From Candidatus Omnitrophota bacterium (lineage in GTDB: Bacteria > Omnitrophota > Gorgyraeia > Gorgyraeales > Gorgyraeaceae), in contig JAUSEX010000020.1 of the NCBI GenBank assembly GCA_030649895.1, forward strand, positions 23,109 to 87,108: a DNA stretch of 64,000 nt. The letters are read 5' to 3'. The position numbers and the translations under genes are program-made. The notes beneath the pieces were generated by a model. It ran no database searches and was not told where the DNA came from. It saw only the letters and a program-made list of their open reading frames with translations. Shown here in pieces: positions 10,602 through 21,528 of this stretch. Every line of letters begins with the position of its first letter. The first letter of the stretch is position 1.

Positions 10602-11151
10602 ACTTACGATTTCCAGGATAATCCTGGCGGCTTTTTTTATATTATTTTTGTTTATAAAAGGCCCTGGAGCCAAGTGCATGGCAATGGCTATTTTTCTGGC
10701 AGCCTGCATAACGGATTATTACGACGGTTATTTTGCCAGGAAGACAGGCAGTGTTACAGCTTTCGGCAAATTAATGGACCCCATAGCGGATAAGATACTT
10801 ATTTTAGGGGCGTTTCTGGCTTTTGTGGAACTGGAGATAGTGCCGGCATGGATGGCTATGATAATCATAGCCAGGGAGCTGGTTATTACAGGGATAAGGA
10901 TACTGGCGCTTTCGCAGAAAAAAGTCCTTGCTGCGGAAACCGGAGGGAAACATAAGACGGTTTCACAGATGGTGGCAGTTATCTCTATATTGGTATTTTT
11001 GATAATAAGGGATATGGGGTTCGGTTTCAGGCATATGGAAGCCTTTGGGACAGCGGTATATTTACTCATGCTTATAACAGTGGGCATGACTCTGACATCG
11101 GGCGTTTCTTATATGCTTAGAAACAAAGACATCTTTATGGGGGATCAATGA
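10585..11151 (+). CDS. pgsA: CDP-diacylglycerol--glycerol-3-phosphate 3-phosphatidyltransferase
   Basis: NKLTISR, TDYYDGYFAR, GKLMDPIADK. Confidence 0.95.
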   Translation: MNLANKLTISRIILAAFFILFLFIKGPGAKCMAMAIFLAACITDYYDGYFARKTGSVTAFGKLMDPIADKILILGAFLAFVELEIVPAWMAMIIIARELVITGIRILALSQKKVLAAETGGKHKTVSQMVAVISILVFLIIRDMGFGFRHMEAFGTAVYLLMLITVGMTLTSGVSYMLRNKDIFMGDQ

Positions 11152-11609
11152 GAGACCGTATATATAAAATGATAGCAAGCATTTTTTATATAGGCTATCT
11201 GCCTGTTGCGCCTGGCACGCTTGGGAGCCTTGCCGCGCTTATCCCGTATTATTTTATAAATCATAATCCTGTCATAAACGGGATAGTCATATTGATAATT
11301 ATATTTCTTGGTTTCCTAACATGCGGTAGAGTAGAGAAGATATTCAAAGAAAAAGATCCCGAAGAAATAATCATAGATGAATTCGCAGGCATGTTAATAA
11401 GCTTATATCGTTTGCCTCCCACTATGGGTTATATAGTGGCGGGATTTTTATTGTTCAGATTTTTTGATATAGTAAAACCAAGGCCTCTGAAAAATCTTGA
11501 AAAATTAAAAGGCGGCGTGGGCATAATGTCTGACGATATAGTAGCCGGCGTATATGCAAATATAATACTGCAGCTTGTTTATATGGCGAGCTTATTGTGC
11601 TGGCGTTAA
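11148..11609 (+). CDS. pgpA: Phosphatidylglycerophosphatase A
   Basis: APGTLGS, IIIDEFAG, FRFFDIVKP, GIMSDDIVAG. Confidence 0.95.
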   Translation: MRDRIYKMIASIFYIGYLPVAPGTLGSLAALIPYYFINHNPVINGIVILIIIFLGFLTCGRVEKIFKEKDPEEIIIDEFAGMLISLYRLPPTMGYIVAGFLLFRFFDIVKPRPLKNLEKLKGGVGIMSDDIVAGVYANIILQLVYMASLLCWR

Positions 11610-11657
11610 TTGTAAACGGGCTGTTGGCTGCGCTGCATGATACAGGAGATCTATAGT

Positions 11658-12206
11658 TTACAGCTTGGAATAGATAGCGCCTTTTGGAGTGAGGGTGCTT
11701 TGGAAAAGAGCGAGTTCATTAACTATAGCGCCTGTTTCAATGGAAAAAGGAATTTCTTTTAATAGTTTTACGAGATTATGTATGTTTCTGGGTGCGCGGA
11801 TCCTGCCTAAAGTAAGATGAGCTGTAAATTCCCTTGATTTCTTTGCGAATCCAAGTTTTTCCATAGCTGTTTCTATTTTTTCTGCCAATATTTTCAAAGA
11901 AGAGGCCTCTTTGTTTATCCCTATCCATATGACGCGGGGATGGTCAATGTTTGGAAACGCGCCTATCCCTGAAAATCCGATCGTAAAAGGTTTTAGGGCG
12001 CTTGATATGACCGATAATGCATCTGAAATCTTTTTAATATCGTCCTCTGCGATATTCCCCAGAAATTTTAGCGTAAGATGCATCTGATCTTCAGTTATCC
12101 ATTTGACATCAGCGCTGGATTGTTTAAGGCAGGAAATAAGCTTGGATATTTTTTGCTTGACCTGAGGATCGATTTCAACCGCTATAAAGGCGCGTATAGA
12201 TGACAT
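11658..12206 (-). CDS. thpR: RNA 2',3'-cyclic phosphodiesterase
   Basis: RAFIA and two HxT motifs (HLTLKF, HLTLGR). Confidence 0.93.
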   Translation of the reverse strand: MSSIRAFIAVEIDPQVKQKISKLISCLKQSSADVKWITEDQMHLTLKFLGNIAEDDIKKISDALSVISSALKPFTIGFSGIGAFPNIDHPRVIWIGINKEASSLKILAEKIETAMEKLGFAKKSREFTAHLTLGRIRAPRNIHNLVKLLKEIPFSIETGAIVNELALFQSTLTPKGAIYSKL

Positions 12207-12237
12207 GTTTAGAGTCGCCTCGATCTTGCAGGATGCC

Positions 12238-13521
12238 TTAAGTCACCCGCGAGATTTCTTTTCTGAGCAGGTTTAAGGCGGCTTGGGTAGATTTGTATTT
12301 TATCAGGCTGCGCGTGCCGGTAAAGCGAAATTTTTTACAGGTAATTTTGGATTTACCGGATAGCGCAATATAAACAAGGCCTACGGGTTTTTGCTTCATA
12401 GCTCCGCCTGGGCCTGCAATACCTGAGACGCTTATTCCGTAATCAGCGCGGGCCAGCACCCTAACGTTTTTTGCCATTAAGCGTACAACTTTTTTTGATA
12501 CCGCGCCGTATTTTTTTATTGTTTTTATGGGAACGCTTAGAAGGTTGCTCTTGGACTCATTGCTATATACCACAAGGCCAAGCTTGAAATAATCCGAGCT
12601 TCCGGGAACATCCGTGATTCTATTCGCCAGAAGCCCGCCTGTGCAGGATTCAGCCGCAGCTAAGGTTTTTTTAGATTTTTGAAGTATCCTGCCTGTAATT
12701 TCTTCGAGTTTTTCATTGTCATATCCGAAGATGTATTTTTTAAGGCGCGATTTGATCTGTTTTTCTATCTTAAATATTATTTTATCAGCTGATTTTTCGT
12801 TTTTTTCAGTAACGGTAATTTTTACATGTATCTCTTCAGGGTGCGGGTATATGCCCATCTGGACATTACCGCTTATTTTTAAAATATCCTCAATTAGTTC
12901 GTTTACCTTTGATTCAGCCAGGCCTGTGATTTTGATGACCCTGGATTTTATGATCAGGCCTGCGGAAAATTTTTTCCTGAGATAAGGAATAGCGGTTTCT
13001 TCGAGCATTGGATACAGTTCAAAAGGTACGCCTGGGAATGCGATCAAAACCCTTGCCCTGGCTTTCTCCTGTTTCTTTGAAATAGCAGAGGCGAGGGGGA
13101 CGATTAAGCCCGGGGCTGTGCCTATATCGTTATCAATCGGTATTCCGCCTTCCGGTACCAGTGCTTGGCGCATATTGTTCGCAGGCATTCCTATATTGCG
13201 CCTCTTAAAATGAGCTTTTATACGGCTGGCTATTCTTTTGCTGAAGACTAATTTTTTATTTAATGCCTTTCCAATGCATTCTAATGTAAGATCGTCAACG
13301 GTAGGGCCGAGCCCGCCGCTTAAGATCACTATCTCTGATTCATCGAGGGATTTTCTTATAGAGGATATGATAACATCTGGATTATCCGGTATGTCCAGGT
13401 GTTTAGAGGTTTTAATGCCTATGGCAGCTAGTTTACTTGAAACAAACCGGGCGTTTGTGTTCGTGATATGGCCTAACATTATTTCATTGCCTATGCAGAT
13501 TACCTGAGCGCTTATTTCCAT
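12238..13521 (-). CDS. cinA: Competence/damage-inducible protein CinA (MocF + PncC domains)
   Basis: IGNEIMLG, SGGLGPTVDDLT, GTAPG, PGVPFE, AESCTGG, GIAGPGG. Start set at the ATG just downstream of the promoter. Confidence 0.95.
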   Translation of the reverse strand: MEISAQVICIGNEIMLGHITNTNARFVSSKLAAIGIKTSKHLDIPDNPDVIISSIRKSLDESEIVILSGGLGPTVDDLTLECIGKALNKKLVFSKRIASRIKAHFKRRNIGMPANNMRQALVPEGGIPIDNDIGTAPGLIVPLASAISKKQEKARARVLIAFPGVPFELYPMLEETAIPYLRKKFSAGLIIKSRVIKITGLAESKVNELIEDILKISGNVQMGIYPHPEEIHVKITVTEKNEKSADKIIFKIEKQIKSRLKKYIFGYDNEKLEEITGRILQKSKKTLAAAESCTGGLLANRITDVPGSSDYFKLGLVVYSNESKSNLLSVPIKTIKKYGAVSKKVVRLMAKNVRVLARADYGISVSGIAGPGGAMKQKPVGLVYIALSGKSKITCKKFRFTGTRSLIKYKSTQAALNLLRKEISRVT

Positions 13522-13528
13522 AGGATTT

Positions 13529-13557
13529 ATTATAAGCAATCTATGTTATATAATCAA
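13529..13557 (-). promoter_or_regulatory. sigma70-type promoter of cinA-thpR (probably leaderless)
   Basis: Minus strand TTGATT-17 bp-TATAAT, ATG 8 nt downstream. Confidence 0.6.
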
Positions 13558-13872
13558 GAGTTTTTGGGGACATATCCCGCTTTAGCCCTAGAGCCGTTCA
13601 TCTTTTTTGAGATTTTTTGAAAGAAAATGCTTGCGAAATGTGTCTACTATAGCGAAAGGAGGCGAATACAATTTGTGCTTTACTTTGAGATATGGCGAAG
13701 GTATAATTAAATCTTAAAATAAGAGAGTTTCTTGCCATACAAAGTAAAGTTATGGCGGTTCCGGATTTCTGCCTGGCGGCAGAGGAAGTTTTGTTTTATC
13801 CCGCCTTTTTTGGGCGGGCATCTGAGAATCTTCGTCAAAGGGGCGGGGTTTCGCAAAATTTAGGAGGAGAAA

Positions 13873-14922
13873 ATGGTTAAGAAAGAAGAAAAGAGAGAAG
13901 AAAAAAAGACAGTGGCGGCAAAGACTGACGATAAGCAAAAGGCGATCGAATCAACTGTTTTGCAGATAGAAAAACAGTTTGGTAAGGGGTCTATCATGCG
14001 CCTTGGGCAGGGCACTAAGTTTGACGTGGATGTTATTTCTACGGGAGCGCTGTCTTTGGATCTGGCGTTGGGCGTAGGAGGAGTACCTTACGGAAGGGTT
14101 ATTGAGATATTCGGGCCTGAGGCAGGAGGAAAAACCACGCTTACTTTAAGCATAATTTCGCAGGTTCAGAAGGCAGGGGGCGTAGCTGCTTTCATAGACG
14201 CTGAGCATGCTCTTGACCCTACATACGCAAGGAAGCTGAAAGTAAACCTTGATAATCTTTTAATATCCCAGCCGGATACGGGTGAACAGGCCCTGGACAT
14301 TGCAGATATGCTCGTGAGAAGCAATGCGGTTGATTTAATTGTAATAGATTCTGTGGCAGCCCTGGTTCCAAAAGCAGAAATAGAAGGCGAAATGGGGGAC
14401 AGACATATAGGGCTACAGGCAAGGCTTATGTCCCAGGCATTGAGGAAGCTTACGGCTATAATAGCCAAGACTCATACCTGCGTTATTTTTATCAATCAGA
14501 TAAGAGAAAAAATAGGTGTTATGTTCGGGAACCCTGAGACAACTACAGGTGGAAGGGCGCTGAAATTCTATTCTTCCGTTAGAATTGACATGAGGAACAT
14601 AGGGGCAATAAAGACAGGCGATAAGGTTATAGGTAACAGGGTCAGGGCAAAGGTTGTGAAAAATAAAGTTGCCCCGCCGTTCAGAAACGCTGAATTTGAA
14701 ATAATACACGGCGAAGGTATTTCAAGGGAAGGCAGTATGCTGGAGCTTGGCGTAGAATCCGGAGTTTTGACCAAATCCGGTTCTTCAATAAGTTTTGGAA
14801 ACGAAAAATTAGGCCAGGGCATGGAATCCGCCAGGGGGTTCCTGAAAGGTAACCCAAAATTGTCCAATGAGATAGAAAAGAAGATAAAAGAAACTCTGGC
14901 AAAGGCAGCTGAAGGAAAATAA
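13873..14922 (+). CDS. recA: Recombinase RecA
   Basis: [55 protein letters not shown]. Confidence 0.99.
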   Translation: MVKKEEKREEKKTVAAKTDDKQKAIESTVLQIEKQFGKGSIMRLGQGTKFDVDVISTGALSLDLALGVGGVPYGRVIEIFGPEAGGKTTLTLSIISQVQKAGGVAAFIDAEHALDPTYARKLKVNLDNLLISQPDTGEQALDIADMLVRSNAVDLIVIDSVAALVPKAEIEGEMGDRHIGLQARLMSQALRKLTAIIAKTHTCVIFINQIREKIGVMFGNPETTTGGRALKFYSSVRIDMRNIGAIKTGDKVIGNRVRAKVVKNKVAPPFRNAEFEIIHGEGISREGSMLELGVESGVLTKSGSSISFGNEKLGQGMESARGFLKGNPKLSNEIEKKIKETLAKAAEGK

Positions 14923-14946
14923 ATAGCATTAGCGGAGGCGCGCATA

Positions 14947-16383
14947 ATGAAAAAAAATATAATAGCGGGTTTGATTTTTTCATCGGTTTTAATAGCATCT
15001 TCCGTAAGCGCTGAATCGCCAAAAGAGGCGTTGAATCTACAGGATGCGTTTGTAAAGGTTTCAAAAGATGTCGGCCAGGCAGTTGTAAGCATAAGCACCG
15101 AACATACGGAGCGCTATCAGACAAGATATTATCCTTTTGCGCAATTTCAAGACCAGTTTTTTAATGAGTTTTTTGTAGAAGGCCCTGAGAGGGAATTAAA
15201 AAAGATAGGACTTGGATCAGGCCTTATTATTAATAAAGAGGGATATATAATTACCAACGAACATGTGGTACACGGGGCGGATAAGATCACCGTTACTTTG
15301 CCTGACGCCAGGGAGTTTGACGCAAGGCTTACGGGTTCTGATATTTATTCTGATCTGGCTGTTATCAAGATCGAGCCGATAGGAGAATTGCCCTTCGCGA
15401 GGCTTGGGAATTCAGATGACATCCAGATAGGATACTGGGCGATAGCGATAGGAAATCCTTTCGCTTTTGCGGTAAAAAGCCCGGAGCCTACAGTGACCGT
15501 AGGGGTTATCAGCGCCCTCCACAGGAATCTTCCGATGACGGATAAAAGGGCCAGGGAATATTCAGATCTTATACAGACAGACGCTGCCATAAACCCAGGC
15601 AATAGCGGCGGGCCGCTTGTAAATATTTATGGGGATGTTATAGGTATTAATGTGGCTATATTTACGCTGAGCGGAGGATCGGAAGGCATGGGGTTCGCGA
15701 TCCCTATAAACGCGGCGAAGAAAATAATTGATGACCTGATGCAGGGTAAGAAGATTTTATATGGATGGCTTGGCGTGATTATCCAGGATATAGACGCTGA
15801 TTTGGCTTCTTATTTTGGATTGAAAGACAATAGCGGGGTTCTCGTTTCCAGGATAGTGAATGCGAGCCCTGCTGAAAAAGCAGGGCTGAAACCAGGCGAT
15901 ATAGTTATTTCCCTGGACAATGAAAAAATAAAGAATACAGAAGGTCTCGTAAGGACTGTTTTGAAAAAGGATATAGGAGAAAAAGTTGCCCTGGGTATCG
16001 TAAGGAATAAGAAGCTTTATTCCGCTGTTGTGGAAATAGGAGAGCGGCCTGAAGATAAAACTACGCTGGTTGAGCAAAAAAAGCCGGAACCTGCTCAAGA
16101 GGTTCAAAAAATTGTTAAATCGTGGAGAGGCATAGAGGCATCCGACATTACTTCTGATATAGCCCAGCGTTTTAAAATTGTCGCAGAGAGCGGCGTTATT
16201 GTTTTGTCTGTCCAGCCCCAGAGCCTGGCTGAACAGGCTGGTATCAGGCCGGGAGATGTGATTTATGAAATCGATAGAGTCCCGGTTAAAAACATGAGAG
16301 ATTATTCAGTTGCCGCAGGCAGGGTCTCGGGCGATGCGTTGATAGGGACTTACAGGGGATATGTAGTGCTTAAAGAAAAATAA
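14947..16383 (+). CDS. degP: Do/DegP-family periplasmic serine protease with two PDZ domains
   Basis: Signal peptide, TNEHV, DLAVIK, INPGNSGGPL, two PDZ-like regions. Confidence 0.9.
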   Translation: MKKNIIAGLIFSSVLIASSVSAESPKEALNLQDAFVKVSKDVGQAVVSISTEHTERYQTRYYPFAQFQDQFFNEFFVEGPERELKKIGLGSGLIINKEGYIITNEHVVHGADKITVTLPDAREFDARLTGSDIYSDLAVIKIEPIGELPFARLGNSDDIQIGYWAIAIGNPFAFAVKSPEPTVTVGVISALHRNLPMTDKRAREYSDLIQTDAAINPGNSGGPLVNIYGDVIGINVAIFTLSGGSEGMGFAIPINAAKKIIDDLMQGKKILYGWLGVIIQDIDADLASYFGLKDNSGVLVSRIVNASPAEKAGLKPGDIVISLDNEKIKNTEGLVRTVLKKDIGEKVALGIVRNKKLYSAVVEIGERPEDKTTLVEQKKPEPAQEVQKIVKSWRGIEASDITSDIAQRFKIVAESGVIVLSVQPQSLAEQAGIRPGDVIYEIDRVPVKNMRDYSVAAGRVSGDALIGTYRGYVVLKEK

Positions 16384-16396
16384 ACACAGGCTGCGC

Positions 16397-19006
16397 ATGA
16401 ATGTTGACGAGATAAGAGAAAGATATTTAAGTTTTTTTAAGGCAAGAGGCCACAGGATCTATCCGAGCGATTCGCTTGTGCCGGCTAATGATCCGTCGCT
16501 TTTGTTTACAGGCGCTGGCATGAACCAGTTTAAGGAAGAATTCCTGGGCAGGGTTAAGGGGTCGGCTAGGGCGGCTACGTGCCAGAAATGCATCAGGACG
16601 GGAGATTTGAAAAACGTAGGCAGGACAGCTGGGCATCATACATTTTTTGAAATGCTGGGCAATTTTTCTTTCGGGGATTATTTTAAGAAAGACGCTATCT
16701 TATGGGCGTGGGAATTTCTTGTAAAAGAGCTTGGCATTAAAGAAGAAGATTTATGGATTTCTGTCTATAAGGAGGATAAAGAGGCGTATGAGATATGGAG
16801 GGATACGGTAAAAATCCCGGAGCGGAAGATTTTAAAGTTAGGCGAAAAAGATAATTTCTGGCCGTCCAATGCCCCCAGCGACGGGCCTGACGGACCATGC
16901 GGCCCGTGTTCCGAGATATTTTTCGGCGGGCCTGACGGCGCAGAGATATGGAATCTTGTTTTTACGCAATTTGACAGAAAAGACGGAGGCAGATTAGAGC
17001 CGCTGCCCTGCAAGAATATAGATACCGGCATGGGCCTGGAAAGAATTGCCAGGGTAATGCAGGGCAAGAAGACGAATTTTGAGATAGATTCTTTTGTAAC
17101 TATCATAGAAGCTATAATAAACCTATCCCGTTCTCCGAACGGGAACGGAGAAGAAGACCTTTCTGTTCCCGTTCGGAGAACGGGAACCGGTCAAAATGTG
17201 AATGCGATTGCGGACCATATAAGGGCTGTGACTTTTGCAATATCTGACGGGGTCCTGCCTTCAAATGAAGAAAGGGGTTATGTAATACGAAAACTTATAA
17301 GGAAGGCATTTTGGTACGGGAGAAGCCTGGGCATTGACAAGCCCTTTTTATACAAGATAGTCCCTGTGGTGGCGCAAGTTATGAAAAGGCCTTATCCTGA
17401 AGTTGCGGATCACAGGGAGAGTATAAGCCAGATAGTGATGGAAGAGGAAAAAAGATTTAAAAATACAATAGACGAAGGTACCGAAAGATTGAAAACAATG
17501 CTGACCGAATCCAAGGAATCAGGCGTTTTATCTGGAGAGCATATATTTAAATTGTATGACACTTACGGATTTCCATGTGAATTAACGCAGGAGATAGCAG
17601 GCGTTGAAAATATAAAAGTGGATATAGAGGGTTTTAAAGCGCTTATGGAAAACCAGCGCTCTATATCAAAACAAGGGAGTAAGATCGCGGGCAATATATT
17701 TAACGTGGAAGGGAACATCAATATAAAGCTGCCCGATGCCGCTCGTTTTATAGAAGATAAGGAAGACATAAAAACCCAGGTAGTTCAAATAATTTCAGAA
17801 GGTGACTTGAAAAATGAGATAGGCAAAAGGGACAAGGCCAGCATTTTTTTAAAAGAAACTGTTTTTTATGGCGAAAAAGGCGGGCAGGTAGGCGATAAAG
17901 GGGTAATTTTAAAAGACGAAAAGATAATCGCGGACGTGATAAACGTTATTGATATAGCAGGCAGGGCGCAGCATGAAATAGAGATGAAAGAAGGTGTTTT
18001 AAAAACCGGGGACAGCGTTACCGCAAAGGTTGATATCGGCCGCAGGGAAGACATAAAGAAAAACCACACCGCTACGCACCTTCTGCATAATGCACTGAGA
18101 AAGGTTTTGGGCATGCACGTAAAACAGGCAGGGTCCATGGTAGCGCCGGACAGGCTGCGTTTTGATTTTTCGCATTTTAAGGCAGTCACAAAAGAAGAGC
18201 TTTTAAGAATAGAAGAGATAGTAAATGAGAACATAAGGAAAGATTCCGTGGTCAGCATAGATGAGCTGAGCATGGAAGAGGCTAAGAAAAAAGATGTAAT
18301 AGCGCTTTTCGGAGAGAAATACGGGGATGTGGTGAGGATGGTGTCCGCGGGCGATTATTCCAGAGAGTTATGCGGCGGGACTCATGTAAAAAGGACAGGC
18401 GAAATAGGCGTTTTTAAAATTATCTCCGAGTCTTCTATCGCCAGCGGGATGAGAAGGATCGAAGCTGTTACAGGTAGAACAGCTTATGAGCGGATAAAAC
18501 AGGAAGAGGCTGTTATAAAGGATATTGCGCGGGAATTAAATGTAAAACCGGAGGATATAGCTAAGGAAATAGAAAAATTGGCAAACAGATTAAAACAGAT
18601 GGAAAAAACCCTCGAAGTTTTTATCAATAAAAACGCTCAGGATAACGTAAATAGCCTTTTTGGATCGATGAAAAAAATAAAAGGCATCGATGTGATAATC
18701 GGCAGCATTAAAAATGCAGATTCTTCTTTATTGAGAAAAAACGCGGACCTGTTAAGAGACAGGCTTGTAAACGGTATATTTATGCTTGCGGCTGAAGCGG
18801 ACGGAAAGATCGCGATTATAGTAGGCGCTGGAAAATCGCTTCAGCCCGGAAAGATCGATGCGGTGAAAATTTTAAATGATATAGGTGCTGATTTTGGGAT
18901 AAAAGGCGGTGGCAGGCAGGATTTTGCTCAAGCAGGCAGCCGCTCAGGCCCTAGGCTTCAGGATATATTAAAAAAAGCGGAAGGGATTATAGAGGGGTAT
19001 ATATGA
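16397..19006 (+). CDS. alaS: Alanine--tRNA ligase
   Basis: LLFTGAGM, HHTFFEMLGNFSFGDYFK, DTGMGLER, NHTATHLL, ELCGGTHV, GGGRQDFAQ. Confidence 0.98.
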   Translation: MNVDEIRERYLSFFKARGHRIYPSDSLVPANDPSLLFTGAGMNQFKEEFLGRVKGSARAATCQKCIRTGDLKNVGRTAGHHTFFEMLGNFSFGDYFKKDAILWAWEFLVKELGIKEEDLWISVYKEDKEAYEIWRDTVKIPERKILKLGEKDNFWPSNAPSDGPDGPCGPCSEIFFGGPDGAEIWNLVFTQFDRKDGGRLEPLPCKNIDTGMGLERIARVMQGKKTNFEIDSFVTIIEAIINLSRSPNGNGEEDLSVPVRRTGTGQNVNAIADHIRAVTFAISDGVLPSNEERGYVIRKLIRKAFWYGRSLGIDKPFLYKIVPVVAQVMKRPYPEVADHRESISQIVMEEEKRFKNTIDEGTERLKTMLTESKESGVLSGEHIFKLYDTYGFPCELTQEIAGVENIKVDIEGFKALMENQRSISKQGSKIAGNIFNVEGNINIKLPDAARFIEDKEDIKTQVVQIISEGDLKNEIGKRDKASIFLKETVFYGEKGGQVGDKGVILKDEKIIADVINVIDIAGRAQHEIEMKEGVLKTGDSVTAKVDIGRREDIKKNHTATHLLHNALRKVLGMHVKQAGSMVAPDRLRFDFSHFKAVTKEELLRIEEIVNENIRKDSVVSIDELSMEEAKKKDVIALFGEKYGDVVRMVSAGDYSRELCGGTHVKRTGEIGVFKIISESSIASGMRRIEAVTGRTAYERIKQEEAVIKDIARELNVKPEDIAKEIEKLANRLKQMEKTLEVFINKNAQDNVNSLFGSMKKIKGIDVIIGSIKNADSSLLRKNADLLRDRLVNGIFMLAAEADGKIAIIVGAGKSLQPGKIDAVKILNDIGADFGIKGGGRQDFAQAGSRSGPRLQDILKKAEGIIEGYI
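17126..17185. repeat. 60-bp palindromic insertion in-frame in alaS; related intergenic copies at 21473-21518 and (degenerate) 25584-25626
   Basis: 21-bp perfect arms TCCCGTTCTCCGAACGGGAAC / GTTCCCGTTCGGAGAACGGGA. Confidence 0.8.
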
Positions 19007-20223
19007 AAATCTTAAAGTTGTCATCCAGGGAAATGCAAAAGCTTTTTGAGCGTTATTATACGAATAAAAGGCATGTCGAGGAAAAGGTCAGGAGGATAGT
19101 CGATGATGTCAGGAATGAAGGGGATAAAGCTGTCCTGAAGTACACGAAGCGTTTTGATAAAGTAAGGCTTACCTCCAAGGATTTAAGGGTTAGCGCGAGT
19201 GAGATTAACGGATCTTTTCAGAATATAGACGCGGCTTTTATAACAAGCCTTAAAAATATCATCGAGAATATACAAAGGTATTACAAAAAAGAACTGCCAA
19301 AGACATGGAAGATAAAATACGATGATGGCGCGGAGCTTGGAGAAATCTTCAGGCCTGTTGAGAACGTAGGGATATATGTCCCTGCAGGCACGGCGCCTCT
19401 TGTCTCGAGCGTTTACATGAGCGTTGTTCCGGCGAAAATGGCCGGGGTTAAAAAGATAATATTGGTCACCCCTCCTAACAAGTACGGGAGCGTGGATTCG
19501 CATATACTGGCTGTCGCGAATCTTTTGAAGGTAGACGAGATTTATAAGATAGGAGGAGCTCAGGCTATAGCAGCATTGGCATTCGGCACAAAGACTATCC
19601 CTAAAGTTGATAAGATAGTCGGCCCGGGGAATGAATATGTTACAGAGGCGAAGAGGCAGGTATTCGGTTTCGTGGATATAGATATGCTGGCAGGCCCGAG
19701 CGAGGTTGTGATACTCGCAAATCATTTTTCAGATAAGAATTATGTCGTGCAGGACCTCAAGGCTCAGGCGGAACATTTTAAGGGGCTGGCGGTGCTGGTG
19801 ACTACATCCAAGAAGTTTGCGAAGGCTATAAAGCAGGAAGACGTAAAAGGATATATAGTCTTGGCGAAAAATATCGACCAGGCGATAGAGGTCATAAACA
19901 GGATTGCGCCGGAGCATCTTGAGATATTGATTAAAAGGCCGAACAGGATACTGAAAAAGATCCAGAATGTCGGGGCGATATTCATAGGGCCGTATTCGCC
20001 TGTGTGCGTAGGCGATTATGTAGCAGGGCCGAGCCATATATTGCCCACAGGCGGGACCGCAAGATTTTTTTCAGGCCTTGGCGCAAGGTCGTTCTTGAAG
20101 AGCATCCACACTATTTCTTATTCCAAAAAAGCGCTTGAAAAAGAGAAGGCTGCTATCGAAAAGATGACAAAAATAGAAGGGCTGCAAAAACATTTAGAAT
20201 CATTCAAAGAAAGGTTTAAATAA
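19003..20223 (+). CDS. hisD: Histidinol dehydrogenase
   Basis: [47 protein letters not shown]. Confidence 0.97.
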   Translation: MKILKLSSREMQKLFERYYTNKRHVEEKVRRIVDDVRNEGDKAVLKYTKRFDKVRLTSKDLRVSASEINGSFQNIDAAFITSLKNIIENIQRYYKKELPKTWKIKYDDGAELGEIFRPVENVGIYVPAGTAPLVSSVYMSVVPAKMAGVKKIILVTPPNKYGSVDSHILAVANLLKVDEIYKIGGAQAIAALAFGTKTIPKVDKIVGPGNEYVTEAKRQVFGFVDIDMLAGPSEVVILANHFSDKNYVVQDLKAQAEHFKGLAVLVTTSKKFAKAIKQEDVKGYIVLAKNIDQAIEVINRIAPEHLEILIKRPNRILKKIQNVGAIFIGPYSPVCVGDYVAGPSHILPTGGTARFFSGLGARSFLKSIHTISYSKKALEKEKAAIEKMTKIEGLQKHLESFKERFK

Positions 20224-20225
20224 TC

Positions 20226-20852
20226 ATGAAAAAACGTATAGCTAGGATAGCCAGAAAAACTAAAGAAACCAATATAGTCGTTAAACTATCTATTGATGGC
20301 AAAGGTGAGTCGGATATTAAAACAGGCGTGGGTTTCCTGGATCATATGCTTACGCTTTTTGCGAAACATGGCTTCTTTGACCTGGAGATATCCGCTAAAG
20401 GCGACCTGGACGTGGATATTCATCATACCAATGAAGACGTGGGCATCACGCTCGGAAGCGCATTTAAAAAAGCCCTTGGGGATAAAAAAAGCATAACCAG
20501 GTTCGGGGATAGTTTTGTCCCTATGGACGGTTGTCTCGTGAGGGTAGTCGCGGATATAAGCAACAGGCCGTCTTTGCATATACACTATAAAACAAAACGC
20601 GACATAGAGAACCTGTTAACCAATCTTGCGATAGGCGATAGCGTAAAATACTCTTTTGTTAATCTGGAACAATTCAGCCAGGCGTTTGTCGCGAATGCGG
20701 GCATTAATATGCATATAGAAATTCTCGCGTTTGATAAGGACCTGCATCATTTAATAGAGGCTGTTTTTAAGGCAATGGGCCGTTCTCTTGACGAGGCGAC
20801 TCAGATTGATAAGAGGGCAAAAGGCGTTCCGTCTACCAAGGGCAAGCTTTAA
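20226..20852 (+). CDS. hisB: Imidazoleglycerol-phosphate dehydratase
   Basis: RKTKET, FLDHML, DIHHTNED, HHLIEAVFKA, VPSTKG. Confidence 0.97.
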   Translation: MKKRIARIARKTKETNIVVKLSIDGKGESDIKTGVGFLDHMLTLFAKHGFFDLEISAKGDLDVDIHHTNEDVGITLGSAFKKALGDKKSITRFGDSFVPMDGCLVRVVADISNRPSLHIHYKTKRDIENLLTNLAIGDSVKYSFVNLEQFSQAFVANAGINMHIEILAFDKDLHHLIEAVFKAMGRSLDEATQIDKRAKGVPSTKGKL

Positions 20853-20853
20853 G

Positions 20854-21468
20854 ATGATAGTTATTATTGATTACGGGATGGGGAATTTAAGGAGCGTTCA
20901 GAAGGCGTTTGAAAGATTCTGTTCAAATGTTATAGTGAGCCGGTCTGCGAAGGATATTCAAAAGGCGGATAAGATAGTATTGCCAGGCGTAGGGGCTTTT
21001 AAGGTGGCAATGGATGAGCTGGAGAAAAGAGATTTAGTGGGGCCGATAAAAGATTCAATAAAAAATGGCAGGCCTTTTTTAGGCATATGCCTTGGGCTGC
21101 AGCTCTTGTTTTCCGAGAGCGAAGAGGGCGGGAAGATAAAAGGCCTGGATATAATAAAGGGCAAGGTTAAGAGATTTAGAGAACAACGCGGATTAAAGAT
21201 ACCGCATATGGGGTGGAATAATATTAAGCTTAATGCTAAATGCTCGAGGCTCAAGGCGATGAATGAAATCAAGAGCGGGAGTTATATGTATTTTGTGCAC
21301 TCGTATTATGCGGCGCCGAAAGACAAAAAAGTGATTTTATGCGAAACAGATTATGGCGGAAACTTTACCTCGGGCATTCATAAAGATAATGTATACGGTT
21401 TTCAATTTCATCCTGAAAAAAGCCAGGGAGCTGGTCTAAAGATAATAGAAAACTTCGTTGATTTGTGA
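20854..21468 (+). CDS. hisH: Imidazole glycerol phosphate synthase glutaminase subunit
   Basis: IIDYGMGNLRSV, PGVGAF, GICLGLQ, PHMGWN, QFHPEKS. Confidence 0.97.
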   Translation: MIVIIDYGMGNLRSVQKAFERFCSNVIVSRSAKDIQKADKIVLPGVGAFKVAMDELEKRDLVGPIKDSIKNGRPFLGICLGLQLLFSESEEGGKIKGLDIIKGKVKRFREQRGLKIPHMGWNNIKLNAKCSRLKAMNEIKSGSYMYFVHSYYAAPKDKKVILCETDYGGNFTSGIHKDNVYGFQFHPEKSQGAGLKIIENFVDL

Positions 21469-21528
21469 CCGAATCCCGTTCGTCGATCGGGAACTATTTC
21501 CCGATCGACGAACGGGATAGGTGTAAAT

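Noticed and set aside
11610-13872. Recombinase-driven invertible switch and LexA box at recA
   Set aside because: No paired inverted repeats at the junctions, no invertase, and no clear SOS palindrome.
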